Source of the DNA: Schizochytrium sp. TIO01
Taxonomy: Eukaryota; Protista; Bigyra: Labyrinthulomycetes
Reading direction: 5' to 3'
DNA: 64,000 nt
Assembly (NCBI GenBank): GCA_004764695.1
Contig: SMSO01000036.1
Location: 2,232,001-2,296,000 of the forward strand
Shown here: piece by piece, positions 24,509 to 34,100 of the stretch
Numbering within the stretch: position 1 is the stretch's first letter
Layout of the letters: every line of letters begins with the position of its first letter
Translations under genes and position numbers: made by a program
Notes under the pieces: model-generated
The model's database searches: none
What the model was told of the DNA's origin: nothing
The model's input: only the letters and a program-made list of their open reading frames with translations

Positions 24509-25752
24509 ATATCATCACCCACATCAACGACGACGACAACAACAACAACGATTACCACAACCTCATAATACCATTCATAACTATCACCAACGCCAACACT
24601 CACGACATCATCACCAAACCTTCGTGTTCACATACATACCTCGGTTCTTTTCTGTCTTTTCTTTCATTTTATCAACAATTATATTCCCATCACACACTGA
24701 TTAAAGCGCTTTTCCTCACGTTTCAAAGTTTGCCCCCCGAAAGTCATCATAGGATTACTGTGTGAAAATGAAAATCTTCACACAGGCACACAAAGACTTA
24801 CTTCCTGGTACGCTCTTCATAATCCTCACCTTTATTGTGAAGTATGCCCAGCCCTACCTACTTTTTTAAATTATCGAAAGGTAGTTAGAAAGCACTTGTT
24901 TTTTAAGCACATCACTTTCTCACAAAATTGGGTCGAGGAGATTTTGATGATCGTGGGGAAACTGTATTATATTCAGTCAATCTACTGCACTTCAAAGTCT
25001 CACCCAACATTTAGAATGAAAAAAGCAGCGTTGAATAGAGGAAATGAAGACTAGGTACTGACTTGTGACAAATCCACTCTAAGGAGACATCAAATTTATA
25101 GGTAACTGGTGACCTTGGCACTCAGTTATATATAACTTCGATCTTGCAAATGATAATCTCATGATGTCACTTGCAATAAACCTCAAAATGAAAATTTAAA
25201 AAGTTAAGAAAAAATCAAAAATCAAAATTAAACAGAAATGATTGAGGAGAACACTTGACCCAGTCTCACCATGAGTTTTAAACATTATTATCATTCAAAA
25301 TCTCTATCAAAATCAAGATACTCTCTGAACTAAGGTAAGGAAAATTACATGAAAGTCTCTAATATTTAATTCGTTACCACGCCAGACATTTGCCTCCAAA
25401 CTTCTCTCAATTTTCGAAGACGGCATGCACAACACATCAGACATAATACGAACCCTTATGAGAGTGTAAACGATATCCCCCCCAATGCAATTCACAACCC
25501 TAGATACATTTAGTATTACCTACTACCTAGTAGGAAAATAAGAGAAATCTAACAGAGGGACACGTGCCAGAAAGTTTCTATTCAAAACTGACCACGGGCA
25601 CACATATCCAGAGAGAACATGGGGAACTATTTTAGCACTTTTGGCAAGAATTTCTTGCAAACCCTATGCAACCATCGCTTCATGAAAAGTCATATGTAAG
25701 AAAGGATCTCTCAAACCAAGCATAAGCAAAAAAGAAAAGAGCCCCCCCCCTA

Positions 25753-28700
25753 TTAATCTGTCTTCATAAGCTCCTTTCGAACCTGCTCCACGAGTTGCTC
25801 CAAAGTAATATGATGAAAGCGCAAACTCTGGTTCTGAATGTGCGACGTATCATTATCCGAGGCAACACGAACGATATCCTTATCAAAGACTAGAGAAGTA
25901 TTTCCCAATAGATAGACAGGCAAGCCTTCATCTGATATAGGAAACTTGGGATGTCGCATGAATGTCGTGTGTAGCCACGCTGTTGATATCTTTTCCAAAA
26001 AGTCACGTGCTGACATCTCCTCTGCGCGAATCGTCTTGGCCTTGCCTTGTTGCATCTCTTTGTTATCATGCCTAGAGTGTTTCCCAATACTGGAATGCTG
26101 CTTACTGGATAGTTGATCTTTCTCGAGTTTCTCAAGAACAAGATCATAAGAGGTCTTCTCAAGGCTCTCAACTCTTCGATGCGCAGCTTTAAACAGTCCT
26201 TGCTTGCCAGGGCCCTTTCCAGATACATAAGCAATAAGACCCAATGCGCGCCCCATGGGAGCTTGGAGTTGCTTATCTTGACGAGGCAGCACAGAGTCAA
26301 GCAACAAGCGCCAGTCTTGAAACCATGTTGCAACATCTCTCCAACCAGTATTGGAGTTTTTAAGATGATCACGAACATCCGGCGTAGCAGCAATCCACTC
26401 GTAAAGAAAGTGCAACCAGCGCGGGAAGAACTCTCCTAACAAAACAGCACGAATATGTGGAGAAGTAGACGGAAAACAAGGAGCTAATACCGCCATAGCT
26501 TTGATTACCCGACGATCTGAACTCGTCACGGTCCGTGAAATTGTCATGTCTTGAATGAGTTTAATTAAACACGGCACAAGGCCCTCAGCCAGTAGCCTTT
26601 CAAACGTGCTCTCGCTCAAAATGTCACGCCACGGCATGGCTAACTCAACACCCCAGCTTCCGATGTCTTCCGGGGTCTTACACTTGCGTCGCAAAGCCTT
26701 ACTCAAAACCTGACGAATTGGACGATGTAATTTTGAACGAATTGATTTCCGCATGATATCAACCCAAGGCACAATCCAAAGATCTAAACGTTTCCCTAAG
26801 GACTTTGAGGATGCATGCCAACGATCAACACGATATTGAAGCTCAGGCAAAATGACACGGTCCGTGAATTTCTGAAAATCGCTCTCACTTACAAGGCCAC
26901 GCACTACATCCACGGATGCTCGGGCAAAAGCATCAGCTCCAAGACGTGCTGCAAGCGCGGCTTCTGAGCTTTCTTCTTTAGCAGCATCAACACTCTGCCA
27001 TGCACGATATATTTCTTGTTCAATAGTGAGCAGAATGTTCGACTCAAGCAAATCTCGAATTACTGGCTCTGATAAACGAACCTTCTCCCGAAGAAATTCA
27101 AGCCATTGATCTAACATTTCCTTTAACTTTCCAAGTCGAAGACTCCACTCGGGTTCCTCGGCGTCGCAGGAATACCGACCTTCAATTTCATTATTTTCGC
27201 CTTGGGTATCGGCGTTAGCCCAGGCTCCCAGCAGCTGGTTTGCGAGCTGCAGAGCGGCGGCGTCTTCATGAAATCCATACGGCTGTTCTGGTTGGTATGC
27301 ACCCCAGTAATCTCCAAGAGCTTTTAAGCAAGCTCTGGAACCTCCTAACCAATCTTGCCCGATCTGTTCAATACTTTCAAAGGCCTCCGTAATGCAATCC
27401 AACGCCGCTTGGGCTTGCAAAGATGCAGCCTTGATTCGGTCTTCGTTTTCTTGGAGCTTAGCTAAAGAACCCTGTTTATCCTGAATCGTAGCCTCTAATC
27501 GTTGAATATGAATGGTTTCCTTTGTTATCCGCTCTTGCGACGCTTCCACTAAAGATTTTAAGTTATACGAAATTTCCTTACCGACACTCTCATTTAACGC
27601 TGGAAGAAGTTTCAGCTCTGCCAAACTGTCACTTTGCTGGGACATATTGGATGAAGATGATGACGACGATGAAGAAGAACCTGATGAAGATGCTGAGCCA
27701 TGGCTTGACTTTGAGGACGAAGATCCTACACTTGCAGCGTCATCATCATCATCAAGGCCATTTTCAGCATGACGCATTTTACTAGAGGTCCCTCGCATAT
27801 CAAGAATAACGTAACCTCCAGCTTGAGGAGCAGAAGTGGTCCTTTTCTCTTTGCTTTGAGCTTTCACAGAGCTCTGCTGATCAGCCATAATTTCTGCCGC
27901 AGTACGGAATCGAGATGAGTTTTTCTTAGATTTGCCTTTTGTAGTGCTGCTACCCAATTTGCTTCGATTCTCCTTAACTTTTTTCCAAAGTGCTGCAATC
28001 TCTGCATCATCTTCTTCCTCCTTCTCGCGCATTTTCCTCTGCCTTGATGCTTCCTCGGACTCTCCAAATTGCTCCCGATGGATGCGTTTATTTTGTGCAA
28101 GAGAAGTGGCCTCCTTAAATCCGCCGCCACCAAGACCAAGACGGTCTGGTCGTGCTTTCACAGCAAGCGGCTCCGAGATACCTGATTGATGCTTTCCCAG
28201 CCGTCCTGTAAAATTGAATTTCTGCATAAATTTGAGCGCGAAGCCATTCTTGCCATATTTCGAAAACGCGTCTCGCTTTGCTGGATCTAACTGCACCTTA
28301 GAATCTTTTACATCTTTCTTCTGAGGCTTCGAAGATTTCACAGTAGAGCTAACTGGTGCAGGTGCATCAGAACCCAGCACCAATTTGCGAAATTCGCTCT
28401 CGCGTGCTGCTTCTTCAGACTTCTCTCCAATTGCCGTGTTCGCAGCAGATGAAGATGTTGCAGACGTCGAAGCAGACGGAGCAGGGGTAGTTGAAGAAGA
28501 GGCAGAAGGCGCATTCTGACGTCCAGAGATCTGTTCACTGGTGAGAGGCGCTGAAGACGATGATACAAACATGATGGGCTGTAGGGGCTGTTTCTGCTTG
28601 GCAGCTGGCGGCTTCTCGCTCTGGTCAGCACCTTGACCATAGGCCGGGTTGAAAATACCATAAATGGCATCCTTGTCCCGCTCCTGGCCCTTACGGGACC

Positions 28701-28869
28701 TCTTGCGAGGCTGAAGCGTAGAAAATTCAGCATCTTCCTCCACAAGGTCTCCGGCGCCGTCGCTCATATAGTCGTCGTGGGCGTAGTCTTTGTAGTCAGC
28801 ATCATCCTCGCCATCGTCCTCAGCCAAAGCGCCAAGGCCTAGCCTCCGGCCATTGCCAGACGTGTACAT
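25753..28869 (-). CDS. TFIP11: Tuftelin-interacting protein 11 / Ntr1 (Spp382) spliceosome disassembly factor
   Basis: TIP_N-like KDAIYGIF; G-patch GFALKFMQKFNFTGRLGKHQSGISEPLAVKARPDRLGLG; coiled coil; GCFC-like Trp-rich helical region (VILPELQYRVDRW, LDLWIVPW, FFPRWLHFLYEW, VATWFQDWR). Confidence 0.88.
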   Translation of the reverse strand: MYTSGNGRRLGLGALAEDDGEDDADYKDYAHDDYMSDGAGDLVEEDAEFSTLQPRKRSRKGQERDKDAIYGIFNPAYGQGADQSEKPPAAKQKQPLQPIMFVSSSSAPLTSEQISGRQNAPSASSSTTPAPSASTSATSSSAANTAIGEKSEEAARESEFRKLVLGSDAPAPVSSTVKSSKPQKKDVKDSKVQLDPAKRDAFSKYGKNGFALKFMQKFNFTGRLGKHQSGISEPLAVKARPDRLGLGGGGFKEATSLAQNKRIHREQFGESEEASRQRKMREKEEEDDAEIAALWKKVKENRSKLGSSTTKGKSKKNSSRFRTAAEIMADQQSSVKAQSKEKRTTSAPQAGGYVILDMRGTSSKMRHAENGLDDDDDAASVGSSSSKSSHGSASSSGSSSSSSSSSSNMSQQSDSLAELKLLPALNESVGKEISYNLKSLVEASQERITKETIHIQRLEATIQDKQGSLAKLQENEDRIKAASLQAQAALDCITEAFESIEQIGQDWLGGSRACLKALGDYWGAYQPEQPYGFHEDAAALQLANQLLGAWANADTQGENNEIEGRYSCDAEEPEWSLRLGKLKEMLDQWLEFLREKVRLSEPVIRDLLESNILLTIEQEIYRAWQSVDAAKEESSEAALAARLGADAFARASVDVVRGLVSESDFQKFTDRVILPELQYRVDRWHASSKSLGKRLDLWIVPWVDIMRKSIRSKLHRPIRQVLSKALRRKCKTPEDIGSWGVELAMPWRDILSESTFERLLAEGLVPCLIKLIQDMTISRTVTSSDRRVIKAMAVLAPCFPSTSPHIRAVLLGEFFPRWLHFLYEWIAATPDVRDHLKNSNTGWRDVATWFQDWRLLLDSVLPRQDKQLQAPMGRALGLIAYVSGKGPGKQGLFKAAHRRVESLEKTSYDLVLEKLEKDQLSSKQHSSIGKHSRHDNKEMQQGKAKTIRAEEMSARDFLEKISTAWLHTTFMRHPKFPISDEGLPVYLLGNTSLVFDKDIVRVASDNDTSHIQNQSLRFHHITLEQLVEQVRKELMKTD

Positions 28870-29539
28870 GGCGCTGCCGGGGCCTTTGAAAAATATCTGT
28901 ATCGAAGGCGCCGCGGTCGCGCCGAAGCCTGAGTAGGACTCCGAGGTATTCGAGCCTCAACTCAATCTCGAATGATTTTGGCTCTCGCTTCGAATTTGAA
29001 TTCTCAAACTTCTTCTTGAACCTTTGTTTCTTCAGGAGACCTCAAAGATGGGATAAACTTGAGGGTCCCCATATTACTATAAAACGGTTTGATATTTCCC
29101 AACGCTTTTATGTTGGAACCTGCCGCCGTGGCAGCGCCTAGGCCTAGCTATGCATAATGATAGAAGTGCTGCTACTGGGAATCGTACAGAGATATTATAG
29201 ATTGCATTAATTACAGAACAAGAAACGGAGTATGAAACTTTAAAGTCCAGTATACTTTCTATATTCCATAGTAGAGAGTCTATATCCTATAGTGGGGTAT
29301 AGGTGACAGACTATGGGCTATAGGCTATAAGTGAGTCGAGAGAGGCGGCCATCATCTCTTGTAGTAGGTCGTCTCTCCAAATCGTCTTCGAACTCGTTTG
29401 GAGATCGAACTCGCACTATAAACTACTTGGGTTCGCAATTGTGCAGCAGAGGGTCTTGGAATTCGAGAGAAGAGCTGCAGCTTGCGGGACTGCTGCAGCG
29501 CACTAACCAGGTTTTCGTTTCGACGTGTGAACTGCAGAA
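28870..29539. promoter_or_regulatory. Bidirectional promoter TFIP11/YIPF
   Basis: 670 bp between divergent ATGs; CTATAG-rich patch at ~29265-29330 containing TGGGGTATAG (29293-29302). Confidence 0.45.
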
Positions 29540-30577
29540 ATGGCGCATGTGCCGGATGGAGACGACGCCAATCCGTTCGCGGCGGCTTCGGGCTTCGATG
29601 ATGTCAATTTGACAAGCGTTGGGGCCACCCGCAGTGGAGGCCAATCAGCGGGGGCTGCAATGTCTGCTTTAAATGACCCTTCTGTGCAACAACAGCTGCA
29701 CATTGAGGAGGACCACTTCTTGGATTTTCAGCATGACCAGAACAGCGGATCAAGCTCTATCGTGGACCCAAGCCACGTGAGCGTGGGGAATGCTCGTGTT
29801 GAACCTATGGAAATGAGTGGCCGCATGGGACCTGCAGAAACTGATAACCTGCCACCAGTACCTACGGGGTTTCTGGCACCCCTGAAAGTGGAGTACTACA
29901 TGCCTTATTTTAATGTTGTCACGCAAGATATCATCGACCGCATGCAGCGCGTGGCGACACCTTGGAAGAATGACTTTTTCGAGACTCTTGATAACAGACC
30001 TGATCTTTACGCACCTTTCTGGGTGTGCGCCACCCTCGTGTTTCTCATTGCTTCAATGAGTAACTTGGCCTCCTGGATCGATCATGACTCTTCCTCAGGA
30101 GTTGAGTGGCAGCACGACTTTAAGGTTCTCGGTCTTGGTGCATCCTTTGTTTTTGGATTTGCCCTCGCAATGCCATTTGTAGCATGGGGCTGCTTCACTT
30201 ACCTTGGTGTCTCGACAGCAAACATCAGCTTCACGGAGCTCGCATGCGTCTACGGCTACTCGATTGCCCCTTTTTTGGTTGCCTGCGTCATTTGCATGGT
30301 CCCTGATCTTGAGTGGCCTGCAGTCATTATTGCCCTGATTTGGTCTACTGTGTTTTTGCTACGCAACCTCTGGTCACGGTTGGGCCGCTCCGAAAATGGA
30401 TACTTGCCACCAATGGCTCCAGAGGCTGACCAGTCTCAGGACGATGCCACCTCGCTCATGATGGGTGACGAGCCTCAACAGCGTAAACTTGCCGCCGTGC
30501 TTCTCGCGGGGGTTATTGGCCTCCACATTGTCTTTGCGGTAGTGCTTAAGGTTAAATTTTTTGGCCGCTCACAATAA
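29540..30577 (+). CDS. YIPF1: Yip1-domain Golgi membrane protein, YIPF1/YIPF2 (Yip5-like) subfamily
   Basis: YYMPYFNV...RPDLYAPFWVCATLVF and ELACVYGYS motifs; about five TM helices in the C-terminal half. Confidence 0.88.
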   Translation: MAHVPDGDDANPFAAASGFDDVNLTSVGATRSGGQSAGAAMSALNDPSVQQQLHIEEDHFLDFQHDQNSGSSSIVDPSHVSVGNARVEPMEMSGRMGPAETDNLPPVPTGFLAPLKVEYYMPYFNVVTQDIIDRMQRVATPWKNDFFETLDNRPDLYAPFWVCATLVFLIASMSNLASWIDHDSSSGVEWQHDFKVLGLGASFVFGFALAMPFVAWGCFTYLGVSTANISFTELACVYGYSIAPFLVACVICMVPDLEWPAVIIALIWSTVFLLRNLWSRLGRSENGYLPPMAPEADQSQDDATSLMMGDEPQQRKLAAVLLAGVIGLHIVFAVVLKVKFFGRSQ

Positions 30578-31143
30578 TCTACCCTCTCGCCCGCCACATG
30601 CAGTAAGATACACACCTTCTCTGATTCCATGCTTGCGGCACGCTTATATACTTGCCTGTCTGCGCGCTTGCCTGTCTGCCTATCTACTTTTTCTAGCTTT
30701 GGTTGAAAGACCATTTTGATGCTCCTATTGCTTGCATCTAATCAATTATAAGGCATAGTGCTAGTAGGCTTTTAGAAGAGCCTAAATCCAATGCATTGCG
30801 TCACTATGTTTTTGATCATTTTAAATCTTCCTTTTCTGACTCCTGATTCCCAACTTTTGGGAGTTTGATCTTGAATTCGTCTCAGTACTTCCTTATCAAG
30901 TCATTTTCGACAAACTCTCTGGTTTCATAATTATATGTTTAGTCATAGGAAATACCCCTCTAACGCATTTGTTGCCAAGGTTGAGAGATAGTAATTGTCT
31001 TTTATACGCCAATCCATGCCAGGTAAAGGAATAATCCGAAATTGAATTCATGATTCACATATATATAATTTTTTAAAAGAAAAAGACTAATGTTACATAT
31101 ATATTCATTTCAATGCACAAAACAAGAAAGTTCACGAGACTCA

Positions 31144-34100
31144 TCAAGAAGTCACGACCATTGAGAGCTGCGAATTTTCATTGGCCACCGCCGTGATTGG
31201 CTTGACCTCCACTTCGCACTCTGAATACACGTTGATTGTGAACTTAACATCCACATCGGAATATAGTGACGGAAATAAGGTGAATGCTTTGTTGGCATTC
31301 CGTGGAAGCCAAGTCTCAAGCGAGATTTCACGCGCATCGCGGTAGACACCTGAACTTGCAACAACTTGACTGTTGCGTACTTGCTCATTAACACCCACCG
31401 CCTTGCCGCCATTATTTAATAAAGCAAGTGTCATGAAAGCTTCTTTACCTCTAGGCACAATTTGCGTCATTGACACATATACTTTGACATTACCACGTGT
31501 CCGTTTCCCAGACGATGGAAGGACTCGCAACGTAAACTGGTCAGTTCCAGCTTCCAGCTTCTGTACGGAAGTCAAAGGCGGGTCTTGAGCGGGGAACTCT
31601 GCATGTTTCCTTTGTATTTCTGCCTTCTCAGTCCGATTGCTTACACTCGCAAAACTGACATAACTAGACGGCGGTGTCAAAGTTTGTTCAGCAGGAAAAG
31701 GACAAGAAGACGCGGCAGGATTAGATAGATGAGCAATGCTTGATTTCGCACCATCCTTCATATATGGAGGTGAAACATAGCTCGGTTGGAATACACTGGG
31801 TGAAGAACTTTGCGAGCCCGAATTGGAGGACAAAAGCCGGGTAGAGGCTTTTGGATATTTCTTCGTGCTAAACCGACTTCGAAAGAGACCTGTGACACGG
31901 ATGGGCTTCCATCTATTTTCTTCTCCATGGAAGACCCTGCACACATAAACCTCTTTGAACTGAACGACAAAGTCATCCATACAAATCCAGAAGTCGCTGA
32001 ATTTGGATCCTGCAGAGGTTGATTCTCCTTGTTCGTTGTTGCATAGGCGCTTGCGCATACGCTGAGTCCAGTTCTCCGAGTCTCGGTCGTTCCAACGACC
32101 CCTCCACTGGCATGTACCCCACGGGTCGCGTAGTTTCAGCAGACGATGCAGGCCTCGAGAGTCCACTTCCTCGGCAACGTCGAGAACAGCATACGCGTGG
32201 CCTGGTGTGATACCGAGGTCCTCCGTTGATCGGTCTTCATCATCTTTTTCGTGCGTTCCAGCAGCCAAGAGAAGACGTTCCTCCCTGAATCGTTTCAGAC
32301 GTTTCCAAAGTGCTAGGGATGCAACCAACTCAATATCTTGCTTGAGCTGGAAGACCTGAGTGAGGCCACCAGTAAGGTCCACAAGTGCAGTATGAACATG
32401 ACCGCCGCAAAGAGCATCGTATGACCCATAGGTTTTTGCAAATGCTTTTTCAAGAAGCATAGGCCAAATGACAGAAGGTTTGCGTGATCTGCACGCAATA
32501 GGCAAAGGCAATAGCGCTTTCGATGGATTCGCTGCACGATTCTCATAGACAACCCCGTTCCTTGACCAACTACGTGAGTTGAAGCAGGGTAAACGGTCAT
32601 CAATATCAATGCTCTTCCACTCACCATCAACAAAGAGACGTACAGAAAAACGACCATTTTTGTCCGTCTGATAGGGTTCGGGTAAGACCTTTTCCATCAA
32701 AGCAGGCCACAAAGCAACAACACTAATTGAACTTAGAAGCCAGCAATCACCGAGAGATCCTTGCACAACATCGCGTGGATCATATCTCATATCTGGAGAA
32801 ACGTCGATACGCACATGCCCACTTTCAACAAGTGGTTTTTGTGTCACCTCAAACCCACTTGAGCTAAATACCGAAGCTCGGCACCATGTCACTTCATCCT
32901 CATCAAAAACGCGGCAAGATCCATCTTGAATATAGCCTCGAAGATTGCCATCTTCGTCGAAATCATCTTCGTCAAAGTAATCATCTTCATCGTAAGAGGA
33001 ATATAGGTCATCTTCATCACTCGAAAGTTCATCAGGGTCAAAATTGTCTTCGCTGAGATCTGAAAAGCCTGAGTTGCTTTGATCACGTAACCTACGACAT
33101 TTTGAATCACTTTGAGCAGTTCCACAAAGGGAAGCAAGTGTTGCTGGAAAGGCTTCATCTTGCCACCCTACAGGTTGCAAAGCTTTGATAGACAAAGTAG
33201 GTTTGCACATTTCAATTCGGGCGTTACGTTTCGCTTCTTGATGCAAAGTTAAAGCGCGCTCTAAAGGACCATGAAAGCGCTTAGGTAGGGCATCCAAACC
33301 ACTTCGTCGAATGATTGCACTGCACATGACCAAGAGCTCGTCGAAAAGAGCACGATAGCGGACGCTGTCACGACTGTGTTGTTCATTATCCATTTCGGCT
33401 TGTTGGACGAATGCATAGTATTCCATTAATTGCGTTGGCGTGTGAATAACAAATTGCTCATCTGCGACAAACTCGTCCTTGGACCCAGATGTAGCAGTAT
33501 TAACACAGTTACTAGCCTGGCCCGTGGGTGCAACTCTGTCGGGATCAAGAAACTCTTTCACCCAATTGTGTTTGGGAGTTGTAAGAAAGTGAAAGCTGTC
33601 CTCTTTAAGCCACGAGGCCATCATTGCTTGTTGGGAAATCTCAATACTTCTCTCTACAGCTACTGATACGGTAGCTTCGAAAACCTTCTCGAAGTTTTGT
33701 AACTGCATCGAGGTAAATTTTCGCCGGAACCGAACCAGGCGGGCCAGAGAACGGTGCAACACAAAGAGAAAGAGAATACAGTAAAGGAGGGAACTAATAA
33801 CGGTGCCGATGTTAGAACTTAAGCAAGCGCTGAAGAAAAATGTTGCGACCTGCCCAAGAAATAAAACATAGAGACAAACTGCAGTAATTCCGAAAGATTG
33901 AACACGCAAATCGCCACCCTTTTGATCTACCTTATATACAACAGCAGGGACACCGAGAAGGCCCGAAGAATAAATCAGGCTGCTAAAAGCCATATACGGT
34001 TTCCGGCGGTAGTAGTACCATGTTGCAACGTAAATTATAGCTAGGACGACACATGATATCAATAAGCAAAAGTGAACAAACGGGTCAGCAAACTTTAGGA

